Source: Octopus vulgaris (Eukaryota). Taken from it: DNA of 64,000 nt. Location of the stretch: the NCBI GenBank assembly GCA_951406725.2, contig OX597831.1:54870001-54934000 (forward strand). Reading direction: 5' to 3'. Position numbers and translations under genes: made by a program. Below are positions 27,495 to 40,557 of the stretch, piece after piece; the stretch's first letter is position 1; the number at the start of each line of letters is the position of its first letter. The notes under the pieces were generated by a model that saw only the letters and a list, made by a program, of their open reading frames with translations, did not search any database and was not told the origin of the DNA.

Positions 27495-28649
27495 CGAGGT
27501 GCGTTCAAAAAGTATCCGATTATTTTTCCCACTAAAGTTAATGCCGCGACGGCAAAATCCTTTTGGCGAGAGGTGGCGGCACCTTTTCTGCGCATGTGTG
27601 AAACTTTTCGTGTCGGTAGGCCGCGTCAGTTTCCGGTTGTTACGCTTAGAGTACAGATGCGTAGTGTGCGCTCGTCGGATTTTCGTCTTCACATAAAGTG
27701 ACCGAACGCATCGAATAGAGATCATAAACCCATCTTTCATCACCAGTAATGATGGCCTTCATGAACTTTGTGTCGTGGTTTGTACAGTTCAGCATGTCCT
27801 GAACGATTTCCATGTGGAGTTCCTTCTGCTGTTCCATCAGCATCTTCGGGACGAATTTTGCCAATACTCTCCTCATGCACAAATCCTCTATTAAAATGGA
27901 ATGCACTGATTCTGTACTTATTCCCACTTCATGATCAATTTCCTGGATTGTTACACGACGGTCTTCAATAACTAACCGCCGAACCGTCTCAATCACCTCC
28001 TCGTTTCGGCTTGTGGATAGCCTGCCTGAGTGTGCTTCGCTCTCCACTGAAGCGCGGCCATGTTTGAAGCAGTTGTATCACTTCTTGATCTGAGTATTAC
28101 CCATGACATCATCGTTAAAAGCCTGCTGAATCTTCTGGACGGTCTAAGTTTGAGTATCACTAAGCTTTTGACAAAACTCGATGCAATATCTCCGTTCCAT
28201 CTGTTCAGTCATCTAGCGTGGAAACAAAAGTCCGACGAGTGCGCACTACATGTCTGTACACTAGGCGCAGCACCCTAGAACAGCTACGGCCTACCGGCGC
28301 GAAAATTTTCATGCATACGCAGGTAGGGTGGTGTCACCTCTCACTTAAAGGATTTTGCTCTCGCAGTATCAGTTTTGGCGAGCTGACAGAAACGTTAGCA
28401 CGCCGGGCGAAATGCGTAGCCGTATTTCGTCTGCCGTTACGTTCTGAATTCAAATTCCGCCGAGGTCGACTTTGCCCTTCATCCTTTCGGGGTCGATAAA
28501 TTAAGTACCAGTTGTGCACTGGGGTCGATATAATCGACTTAATCCGTTTGTTTGTCCTCCCTGTGTTTAGCCCCTTGTGGGTAGTAAAGAAATAGGTATT
28601 AGTTTTGGCGAGGAAAAAATAAAATCGGTTACTTTTTGAACGCACCCCG
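27495..28649 (-). mobile_element. Mariner element with both TIRs and TA duplication, internally deleted, carrying a nested SINE
   Basis: TA|CGAGGTGCGTTCAAAAAGTATCCGATT ... AATCGGTTACTTTTTGAACGCACCCCG|TA. Transposase remnant HSGRLSTS...DRRVTIQEI...KFVPKML...IITGDERWVY ends after the first catalytic Asp. Confidence 0.9.
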
Positions 28650-29364
28650 TATGCATATACATACACTCTGTCACATACACTTTTGCTAAGAAGTCAAATC
28701 AACCACAAAAATCTCCCTTAAAAATCCCACCCTATCATCTTAAAAAAGAGAAGGAAGGACACATTTGGCAATATATTCAAAATGACGGGTTAACTACAGA
28801 ACTACAGTGACATAGCTAGAGTACCACCCGGAGCAACCCTTAAGTTTGCTTCACCCTCCCTCAATTATACGGGTTTATACAGCTGAGCAAAAGTCGCGGC
28901 CTCCATAAAACGTTGCCCAGGGTGGACCATCCCTCGCGCTCGTCCCCTTAGCTACGGTTCTGGTTAACCACGGCTGCAAACTCTCCTCAATCATGATCGG
29001 CCTATGACCGACCAATAATAACAGCATTCATTGTATTGAACACATAAATCAATGGTTAGTCCGCAATACCCTTAAGAAGCATAGGGCCGGTTTCCTGATT
29101 TCTCTGGATATTCCTTCCTGGACGGGATACCAGTCTGTCACAGGATTACTCGTTATACTAGCTGAGTGGACAGGAGCAACGTAAAATGTAGTATTTTGCT
29201 CAAAAACATAACACATCACCTCGTCCAGGAATCGAAACCACAACGTTTCGATCATGAGTCCAGCACTCCAATCACTAAGCCATGCGCCTTCGTATACATA
29301 AATCAATACGTAACATGTGCATAAATCAATTACAGTTACACATAAATCAATGCGTAACAATAAT

Positions 29365-29940
29365 TGATTTATGCAGATGCGGGTTGGGAGGTTGGGTTAG
29401 GGAAGAAGCTGTGGACCAAGAAGTCTTGTACGTTGTGGGCTCGTTTGAAGGAGGGGAGGGGTCGGTTAAGGAAAATGCACGAAGTGGAGGAGTCGGACTG
29501 GAGTCGCCGAAAGGCTCGGAGAATGATGCGTGGGAGAGATGGGGTAGTGGGGTGGCAGGTGAAGGGAAACAGGAGGCGGGAGACGGCGGGGGCGGGAGAC
29601 GGCGGGGGCGGGAGATGGCGGGGCGGGTTCGGGGGGAGAGAGCAGATGAACGCGATACACGGAACGTGCTCTGGCAAGGGCGGTGTGGGCAGTGGTGAGG
29701 GGATATCCATGTAGGATGAAGTGGCGAGCCATGAGTTGAGACTGAGTCTCAAAGTCATGGTCGTCACTACCAGAGCCTGCGTAGACGGAGGAATTGGGAA
29801 TAGGGGATGGAAAGCTTGGTGTGTTTAGGGTGGGAGGAGGAGAAGTTGAGGTGTGAGTGTGAGTGTGTGTTTGTAGAGGATGGAGGTGGTGAGGGTGGAG
29901 TGATGAACTTATGGTCCAGCTTTGGGATTCGTTCGAGATC
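29365..29940 (-). mobile_element. Penelope-like RT/linker fragment, same family as 16370-18125
   Basis: RIILRAFRRLQSDSSTSCIF...PLPSFKRAHNVQDFLVHS parallels RRLQSDSS in the 17.6 kb copy. Confidence 0.7.
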
Positions 29941-30069
29941 TTATTTCTTTATTGCCCACAAGGGGCTAAACATGAAGGGACAAACAAGGAGAGACAAGGG
30001 GACTAAGTTGATTACATCGACCCCCCCCCAGTTCGTAACTGATACTTAATTTATCGACCCCGAAAGGAT

Positions 30070-31255
30070 GACTCTGTTGTTGTCCTCAACAACCTGCTGG
30101 AGAAGAATAGGGGAGCTGTTCACACGGTGATGACACAGCTGAATCTGCAGACCTTCATTAACTCTGATGTCGGCTTCCTGACGTCGTACGCCCAGGTGAT
30201 GTCTAATGTTGTCAAGGCCTTGGATAAAATCTAGGAGGAGGACCAGGCCTACCTCGGGACCTTTCTACCAACTGTAGCGGCTACCGCCATGAAGTTCAAA
30301 CATCTCTTGTACTCAGTCCTCTGCAGGCATCAAGAAAAGGTTTGGGCTCCTCCTAGAAGACCAGGACTGTCAGCTGGCCGCTGCTTTCCATCTCAAGTTT
30401 CGCCTGTTCTGGCTGAAGCAGCATAATAACAACAAGGTTAACTGAGTAACAAACGCCATGGAAACCGTCGTAGAGACAGCCCTAATGGAGACCAATGAGG
30501 AGGGCAGCACCACCACCATCAATGAGGATGAGAGCAAGATCCACAGGTCCAAGGCGTAGAAGTTTGTGAAAACCTGGCTGGAGGCCGTCTCGAAGGAGGA
30601 CCTGACTGAAGTCGCCTTTTTGGGTGAGCAGCTTTTGATCGACTTGTTCACCAAGTATAACACAGCCATGCCATCCAGTGCTGCAGCTGAGTGCCTATTC
30701 TCTATAGGCAAAGATATTTTGAGGGCCAAGAGAGCCACCCTGCCAGATGGTAACTTTGAGAGACTGATGTTTATGAAGGGCAACCAGTATCACGTCTAGG
30801 TGACGGAGAAGGCCCAGCCAGAGTAATACACCTTGGTCATCATCAGACCTTGGCATGATATCTATGCTATACTATACCCTTTTGATTCGTTTAATACCTT
30901 TTGTACAGTAAATAAAGTGGATGTTGACTGAAAAACTAATTTTTAATTTCAGGTGTTCATTCAATTATTTGCGCACACCTTAATCATCATTTGCTGTTGG
31001 CATGTGATACTGTATTGGAAAGCTCTATGTCTAAGCTACAACATGAAATGTTCAACTCTCAACATCTGTTTCTAAGGGTTTTAGAGCCAAATAAATCAAA
31101 GCGAGGCTAAGTTCATATGATAAAAGTTAGCGGTTACCAGTTAGCGTTAGCTTCTGCTAGTTTTTTTTACTTGTTAAGCGGTTTCGCGTTGGCGAACCTA
31201 ACTATTTTAGTTAGAGGATTAGCGCTAACTTTTTGGTTAGCAGTGCCCACCACTG
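30070..31255 (+). mobile_element. hAT transposon 3' remnant
   Basis: LFTKYNTAMPSSAAAECLFSIGKDILRAKRATLPDGNFERLMFMK (hAT dimerisation domain); subterminal gttagc repeats; TIR-like tgcccaccactg ending at 31255. Confidence 0.85.
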
Positions 31256-31324
31256 TATATATATGTGTGTGAGTGTATGTGTGCGTGCGCGCGTGTGTGT
31301 GAGAGAGAGAGTGTGTGTGTGTAA

Positions 31325-31375
<51 letters not shown>

Positions 31376-31590
31376 ATCCAAACATGAAAGCACAAAAAAC
31401 ACAACAACGCGAGGACGTGGAACAAATATAGTATTATTGGACGCTCCGGAAAGGAAGGAAAGAAGGAGGGTTTAACGTTTCGAGCGGAGCTCTTCGTCGG
31501 AAACATAGGAGAAGGAAAGATCCAGAGAAGGGAAGACAGAGGGAAAAAAATTGCCAACGGTACACACACGCGGTCACACATAAATATATG

Positions 31591-31665
<75 letters not shown>

Positions 31666-32796
31666 AGCTCTCAAAAGAAAAAAGGTTTTTTTTCTATGTG
31701 GTAAGAAGCTTGCTTCCCAACCACATGGCTCTGGGTTCAGTCCCACTGCGTTGCGTAGCACCTTGAGTGTCTTCTACTATAGCCTCGAGTCGACCAATGC
31801 CCTGTGAATAGATTTGGTAGACGAAAACTAAAAGAAGCCAGTCGTATTTATAAACATATATACATATGTGTATGTCTGTATTTGTGTGTCTGTGTTGTCC
31901 TCCTACCATCGCTTGACACCCGATGTTGGTGTGTTTACGACCCAGTAGCCTAGTAGCTCGACAAAAGAGACCGAAAAGATCCCCAACCTCTTGCATTTTA
32001 AGTTTTACGCGAATTAAACAGCTTATGGGGAATCCATTTTCATACGCAATAATTTTCCTCAATGGAAATGCTAACTACGCCCAAAGCCAACCACTTTTAA
32101 ACCGCTGAAGTTCAAGTTGAACGATGTAACCAGTGTGAAATGGCGTCACGAAGTTCATGGGCGCCGGCTTTTTACTTTCTTTAATTTTCTTGTTATTGTT
32201 GTTGTTACTGTTGTTGTTGTTGTTGTTGTTGTTCGCCTTCTTCTTACGCACCCCTCATTCCAAAATGAACCTCGAACAACAGGGTAATTAACATCGAAAT
32301 AAGTTCCCATATATAATATGATTGTCATCGCGTCTCGAACGTGTTAAAAACGTAAGAAGTTTAATTACTTCATTCATACTTTCATTATATAGACACGCAT
32401 TCATACATAGATATATATATATACATACATACATACACATACACACTTCCATCCATATACACTCTTACATACATAGAGACAGACAGACGGACGGACAGGT
32501 AGATATGCATACATACATACATACATACATACATACATACATACATACATACATACATACATACAACATACATACATACCAATTATGGGTGTACTTGTGA
32601 GTGGGTGTTTATATAAATTAACATATATTGAGTTATATATTTATTTGTGTAATGCATAGCATACGTGCATGCTTACATACGCGCGCATTCGCAAACACAC
32701 ACACACACACACACAAATAATGGGTTTGTGTATATAATACACACACACACACATAAATACATACAAGGGTACTTGGCTGTGTCCACACTCGCACAA

Positions 32797-32841
<45 letters not shown>

Positions 32842-32875
32842 TGTGTGTGTGTGTGTGTGTATGAATATATAAGTT

Positions 32876-32933
<58 letters not shown>

Positions 32934-33538
32934 TAAGGTTGAGTCAGTGTATGTGTACATATGTGTGTGCATGCGGCTCGACAGTCAAACATGTGCAAGC
33001 TACTCAGGCAAGAATATTACATTCGCTTAACGAATGTTTTCATGTGTACACACGTGTTTGTCATGTGTGTATATGTGTACAGAGTAACTGCCTGTCTGTC
33101 ACTGTGCGTCTATCCGTCTGTGTGTGTGTGTGTGTGTTGAAGATCATTGCCACCTGACTTCTCCACGCCCCGTTACTCTCTTTTCTTTTTTCTTCTTCTT
33201 CACCCCTCACCTCACCCCCCTCCCGACGCTTTTGATTTCCTCTCCACCCACCTTTTATTCTTAAAAAAAAAATCGTCTCGTGTCTTCATCAGCGACCGAC
33301 TGCCATTACGACGACGACGACGAGGAGGAGGAGGAGGAATAGGAGGAAGTAGACGACGAAGAAGCGAATAAATTTCATGAGAAACAACGGAGTAGGAGGC
33401 GACTCCAGGAACGAGTAAAAAAAAAAACACCCATAAAACATTTAAAAAAAAACAAAAAAAAACGCCTGACTTAAACGTTCTCGAAGGGAAGGTCCGTCAG
33501 TCAGCACGTGTAGTGGGAGTGATTTTTAAAAATGACAT

Positions 33539-33577
<39 letters not shown>

Positions 33578-34236
33578 GCACGCACGCACATACACACACG
33601 CACATACATAACAACCTGCCTATAAACACGCAGATATATATATATATATATATATATAATATAATATATAATACATATATATAAAATATATGTCCTATGT
33701 ATACGTATGGTAAACATACACCTTCACACTTAACGCGTGTCAGTACAAATAGCTGCTGTAAGTTAATGTAAAGCTTAATCTGGTATTGTCAGCCACAATT
33801 GTAACAAGTGTTAAGAATTATCTGCATCAGTTATAAGACGTTGCTATCATTTCTTTATAAGTAAATATATTTCATCGTTGTATCACATTCGACCAAGGAA
33901 ACACACGGACATTTTTTTCCCTCTACATTATTTATATACCCGTAATAAGGTACGTTGTTGACTCGCTTTTTCTGACTTGATTTAATTTTTTTTTTTTTTT
34001 TCCTTTTGTAATTATACTTTGTTATTTTTTGTTTTTGTTTTTTTGTTTTACTGCATTTATGTTCGGGTATGTGTGGGTACGTGGATATGTATGGGTATTT
34101 TGTAAGGGTTCCAAATCGATGTATAACAACAACGGCGGAGTTTAGAAATAGGTGCCCTTCGAAGTTCCGTACTTCACAGGAAAGGAAAAGGCTAGATAAG
34201 TTAGGTGGTGGGGTAAAAATGTAAAGGAAAAGAAAT

Positions 34237-34447
34237 GGCATTCTTTCGATATAACTCGACAAAATCAAAACATTTCACTTCTTGGAATTTCCGTGGAAGC
34301 AAATGACAGTTCGATTCTGTTTTCTGCTTGGAAATTTGCGGATTTTACAGACACACATGAAACAAGAATCATTTCGTTATTCCACAACCCACGGAAATAT
34401 CCGAAGTGAAATGTTCTGATTTTGTCGAGTTATATCGAAAGAATGCC
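34237..34447. mobile_element. MITE with GG termini and an 8-bp target duplication (Merlin-like)
   Basis: TIRs of about 45 bp, GGCATTCTTTCGATATAACTCGACAAAATC... / ...GATTTTGTCGAGTTATATCGAAAGAATGCC, flanked by AAAGAAAT at 34229-34236 and 34448-34455. Confidence 0.8.
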
Positions 34448-36171
34448 AAAGAAATTGAAATTTTTGGGGTAAAAAGGTTTTACAGGCATAAAAAGACCAA
34501 ATGAATGAAACCAACCTTCTCCTTTCTTATGAGGTAAGGGACTTTGAAGGAAGGCGATTCCAAAATTCCACTTACTTCTCAATACCTCTTTCTCACTCTC
34601 ATCATACATCTTTATCGAATTAATCGATTAATACACAGTTGTGATAAATACACGCGCGTGCACACACACCAGACACACCACATACACACACAAATACCCA
34701 CACACACACATACATACACACGCACACACAATGATTAATTAACTATATAACATACACCAGTGATGCACAAATCACGATCCGCGTACCAAATCCGGCCCGC
34801 CGATTTTATTGAGAGAACCTGATGTGGCTCTGGAAAATTTCTTGCTCTCCATATCTGTCTTTGCTTAGCGGAAACAAAATTCGGCATTGAGGAATAAATA
34901 TCTTACTTTTGTTATGACCTCGGGCCAATGAATGTTTCTTAACACTACAAACACTCCACCAAAAAAGACAAATGGGGATGCATAGGATTCCTTGACTTGG
35001 TAATATTTATAATTTTGGGTTTTTTTTTTTTTTTCCAGTGGCGTTAATTTGAGTAGTAAATGTTCTCATCATTCTAAATCAGCGGTTCTCAACCATTTTT
35101 TTCTTTTCATTTCTTTTCATTTCTTTTCATTTCTTTTTTGCCTATGGACCTATTTAATTCACATTTCACTCTCCTGCAATTTCGAGGGAGGGGATAAATC
35201 GACTACTTCGATCCCAGTATTCAACTGGTACTTATTTTATCGACTCGTCGGGACTTGAACTCAGAATGTAGAGACGGACGAAATGCCGCTAAGCATTTTG
35301 CCCGGCATGCTAACGATTCTGCCAGCTTGCTGCCTTAAGCTTCATATAATTAAGATATGGTTTTCTATTGTTTAAGCTTGCTCAATGCCTTGACAAAGAA
35401 ACGAGGATTATGAGGATGCAAGCTCTATATTGTCTTCTTTAACAGGCTAAAGGCCAGAAAATTAACTTAACTGTTACTTTATTTCATGGACTTTTGAACT
35501 ATGAAACGCAAAGTTGAACTCGGCGGAATTTGGATTTTAAACGTAAAGAGACGGAACAAATAACACAGGGTATTTTGTCTGGCTCGCTAACGATTCTGAT
35601 AATCCATAATACTGGTTTTCTCATTAATAAGTTTCAGAGGGAAAAATAGTTTCTCTAATATTTGGTGGTGGTGAAGGACTGTATTTTCATAGTCAGATTA
35701 AAGAGGAAAAAAGTTCCTTTTATAGGGTGGTGATTTGGTAGAATCGTTAGTACGACGGGCAAAATGCTTAGCGGCATTTCGTCTAACTTTACGTTCTGAG
35801 CTCAAATTCCTCCGATCTTACCTTTCCCTACTTTCGGGGTCGATAAAATAAATGGGGATCTATGTAGTCGACTTACGCTCGTCCCCGAAATTGCTGGCAT
35901 TGTACCGAAACCTGAAACCAATATGCGAGGTGACGAAAGACATTTAGTTTAAGAACCACTGCCATTATGGCGGTTAAGGCATATTAACTATAAATTTTGT
36001 GCATGTGTGTGTATATGGATGGATGTGTGCGCGCGCGCGCACGTGTGTATGTGTGTGTATACGTTTATCAGTTTCTGTTGCAAGATTCCTGATGTGAAAT
36101 CGTGTGTTGAAACAGATATTGTTGTATTTCGGTATGGTCATTTTCCTTTTCTTTCTTTTTTTTTTTTTTTT

Positions 36172-36670
36172 TGCCAACCAACATGCTCAGGAGGCTCGAT
36201 TAATAGCATAGAGGTTAAAGTATTATCGACGCATATGAGTGACACGACACTTAGACAGATCACAGAGGCTACACACATAACAGTAGACAGACCGGGCCTC
36301 AGTAGAAAACACGAATGCAACAGTAACACCCACCACTACACCACATGTCTAAAGACAGAAGGAAAGAGGGGAGGGAAAAATCGTAAATAATACGGACGCA
36401 TACAGGGTAATACACACACAATATACATATATGCACCTACATATGATACATATGAGAAATAGAGATAGATATATAAAAGCTAAAAATAACAAATAAATAA
36501 ATCCATATAAAGGACGCAAATGCATGCACACATAAGGATACACATCCTAGAAGAACAGAATAGAGTAATTGGAGCAAAAGCACACATAAAAAGGAAAAGT
36601 GTCGCTGAAGAGGTCACAGATGTGTGACGAAAGATTTCCAGACAATGAACATGAGATAAAATTTTTGTTT
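36172..36670 (+). mobile_element. Penelope-like 3' fragment: GIY-YIG C-terminus plus hammerhead-like motif
   Basis: IEVKVLSTHMSDTTLRQITEATHITVDRPGLSRKHE; CTGAAGA g gtcaca/tgtgac GAAA at 36605-36632. Confidence 0.65.
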
Positions 36671-36835
36671 TAAATGTAATAATGAGTGAAGAACAAATAT
36701 ATAGTGCATGTGTTTATTTGGTTAAAAAAATTACATCCCGAAATACAATATATATATATTTTTTTATGTATGTATGTATGTATGTATGTATGTATGTATG
36801 TATGTATGTATGTATGTATGTATGTATGTATCAAG

Positions 36836-37313
36836 TGCCTGAAGGAGGTAGTGCGGCCCCAGGTCAAGAGGGGGGCTGCTGGAAGACAATATTTTTGGCA
36901 ACAGCACTCTGCACCACGCCACACAAGCAGGAGAACGCAATCATAGCTGTCAGAAAATTTCTGCGACTACATCACCTCTAACATCTGGCCACCTAACTCC
37001 CCAGACTGAAACCCCCTTAATTATTATGTGTGGGGCGCAGTTGAGCGAGAGATCAACAGAACTCCTTGTAACACCAAAGATGAACTGAGGGCAAGGATTA
37101 TGACAGCATTTACCAACATAAGCAAGGAGAACGTCCAATAGAGCAGCAGGGGATTCTGAAGTCGCCTGGGGGCCGTGGTTGAAGCCAACGAAGATTTTAT
37201 TGAACAAATGTACTCTTTAGTATTTCAAGATATGCTTATGTAATTTTGGTAAATACATCTGTTAAAATGAGATGTCAGTGTTATTTTCATTTTTACGTAA
37301 TTTAGACAATTTA

Positions 37314-37318
<5 letters not shown>
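36836..37318 (+). mobile_element. Tc1/mariner (maT/DD37D-like) transposase 3' remnant
   Basis: WQQHSAPRHTSRRTQ...WPPNSPD*NPLNYYVWGAVER...TKDELRARI, with in-frame stops. Confidence 0.8.
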
Positions 37319-37376
<58 letters not shown>

Positions 37377-37665
37377 CATTATATGTTCCAAGATAAAACA
37401 ATGCGTCCTACATACATATTTAACATTAGGGCCCCTGGCGCACCGGATAACTGACCGGTGTTCTTATGCATTAAGATACCTATACTTCGGGTAAAATGCA
37501 GAAACAGCCAGTATACTTGGTTTCCTCATGTCAACAGTGAATGAGAAGCTGTTGGTTGTCGGCAATGTGGAAATATATATATATATACATACATACATAC
37601 ATACATATAAATAATATATATATGCATATATATATATTATTAATATATATGTATGTATATGTATG

Positions 37666-37699
<34 letters not shown>

Positions 37700-37705
37700 T
37701 GTATG

Positions 37706-37779
<74 letters not shown>

Positions 37780-38010
37780 CAGGGATTGAATAAAAAATAA
37801 TCGAAACACCTTAAAATTTCAAACCAACATATTTTAATATGGGGTAGGTCAGCCTTTCGCAGTAATTACAGCTTGAATTCTATGATGTATGGACTTGTAC
37901 AAAGTTTGAATTGTTTCCAAATGAATTTTGTTTATTCTTCAGCTAAAACAGTCTCCACTTCTTGTAGTGATGATGGTGGAGGATATCGACTCCTTACTTG
38001 TTATTCTAAA
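37780..38010 (-). mobile_element. Tc1-like 3' end remnant
   Basis: TA|CAGGG terminus; minus strand reads [27 protein letters not shown], a Tc1-type C-terminus. Confidence 0.7.
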
Positions 38011-39384
38011 ATGCACCATAAACGTAGTTTTGTTTTGACGAGGAGGTTTTTCCCTCTTTCACAAAGGTTGTCATTACTTTCGAGACAGTACTTCTTGATA
38101 CACCAAACATTTCGGCTGTTTTCATGAAACCCCCCAACTAGGACGTCTTTATCGAATGCTGTTTACAATCATACCCATGGTTTTGAGGTGTGTGGAACCA
38201 CCACTTAGCCACTATTATTCTCGGGTCTCCATAAGCGGGTTAATTGGCATATTGGGGCTTATCTAAGTGTGTATGTGTTATGACGTGGGTATACACGTCT
38301 GGTGTAAAACGGTATCACACAAATTAATAGTTGGCTTTGGTTATCTAAAAATAACCTATCGCAGAAATATATGTTAAAACAGAACGCTCTCCGTACTACT
38401 CGAACGTAAGTATTCACTGTTCAAATACCGACTATTAAACCAACACACGTCGATCACGGTCGAACAAACACTATCAACTACTCCCTTGACAGTTCCCTAA
38501 GTTCTTATTTATTGTAATCGGTTAGTCACCCTTCAGTCACGCGTGGGTGTTCAGGATTCTCCCATAACAGTATGTGATCCGGTGGAATCTGCGGAAGAAA
38601 GCTTCATGCTTCAACGAGGAAGGCGGCTTCAACAAGGAAGGCTGCAACGCATTGTGGAGGGCCGAGAATAAGGTGAGACAAGTCAGATGTCTTGATCATT
38701 CACAGCATCCGACTCCATCCCCAGTCATCTTGGCTTGATCTTGCCATTGGATTGAAGTTAGTCACGGAGGGGAAAGCGAGGTTGACGGTGCGCAGTCCTT
38801 CTTCACTTTCAACAAAGTTACTGCGCAATTCATCAATCATTCCTTGAAGATGGTTAGACGGTCCTCGTCGATCCGACGGCAGACATATTAATCTCTCCTG
38901 GTTTAGAGTCGCGACTCAAGAAACTACAAAGAGCCCTAAAGGCTTTGATCATTCGAATCAACTTGGTTATTTTCCGGTTGACTTAACGCTGCTTGCACTG
39001 AAGCTATTGTTTTCATTTCTCAAAAGTCTCAAGTTTCAGAAATGTCTACTAAACTATGTTGTATGACCAGCATGCAGTTGATCTTAGTTGTGGTTGTGGT
39101 TGCGGTGGTGTTTAGCCACAGGCAAAGCTTATCAACCTACGATCATCAGCGTTCTAATCTACGATCAACAGCGTTCCAATCTATGATCAGCAGCGTTCCA
39201 ACTGCGAACACCCGATGTTTTATTCAACCATAGTGTATCTAGGACTACGTTACTCAATGTCTCCTTCAAGATTTTCAGTGAAGAATTTTTTGATTCGTCA
39301 TTTTCCATGTTGGATAATCCTTTCAAATGTACATTCTTTTAGTAGAAAAAAAAAAGAATCATGATTCTGCAGTTTTGTAGAAAA

Positions 39385-39558
39385 TTGTGTGATAAGTAGC
39401 TTCCTTACGAACCACATGGTTCCGGGTTCAGTCCCACTGCGTGCCACCTTGGGCAAGTGTCTTCTACTATAGCCTCGGGCCGACCAAAGCCTTGTGAGTG
39501 GATTTGGTAGACGGAAACTGAAAGAAAGAAGCCCGTTGTATATATGTATATATATATA

Positions 39559-39641
<83 letters not shown>

Positions 39642-39890
39642 TGTATGTATGTATGTATGTATGTGTATACGTTTGTGTGTCTGTGTTTGTCTCCCCCAAC
39701 ATCGCTTGACAACCGATGCCGGTGTGTTTACGTCTCCGTAACTTAGCGGTTCGGCAAAAGAGACCGATAGAATAAGTACTAGGCTTACAGAGAATAAGTC
39801 CTGGGGTCGATTTGCTCGACTAAAAGCGGTGCTCCAGCATGGCCACAGTCAAATGACTGAAACAAGTAAAAGAGTAAAGAGTAAAGAGAG
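39385..39890 (+). mobile_element. SINE family A copy
   Basis: Same head, body and tail as 9221, with an expanded internal microsatellite. Confidence 0.8.
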
Positions 39891-40494
39891 AGATACACAC
39901 ACACATTTATTTATTTATTTATTTATTTATTTAGTTAGTTAGTTAGTTAGCTAATTAGTTAGTTAACTAATTAGTTAGTTAGCTAGTTAGTTATAGGCAG
40001 TAAATCCTCAATTCGTTGGTTGGGTATCTATGATTGATCTATGTCTGGGAATTCTTGACATTAAATAGTAACATGGATTCACATGTTATACAAGTGTAAT
40101 GTGTGTGTATATGTACAAATATGTATGCACGTGTGTATGTATATGTGCGTGTGCGTGCGTGTGTGTGTGTGTGTGTGTGCGTGTTAATTGGATCACGGAA
40201 GTGAGTCAGCAGTACCCAAATCATCTCCAGTCATACCGAGACGTATGATGTCATAACTCCAGCTTCTGTCAGTTGCTGCCTGTAGGGAAACTGTGCGACC
40301 TAATTGAAAGTGTGGAGCAGTTCTATTTAGAACGGAGTCAATGTGTTTAGGAGTCTGATGTTTTGCAACATTCTTGTAAATGATGTTGGATGAAGTGGCG
40401 ACTACGTGGGGGGTATACACAGCTTTGTAAGTTCAAGGAAGGAGCAAGTGTAGCTACGAAAGAAGAGACAGAATATCAGGGAGGGGAGAGAGAG

Positions 40495-40557
<63 letters not shown>

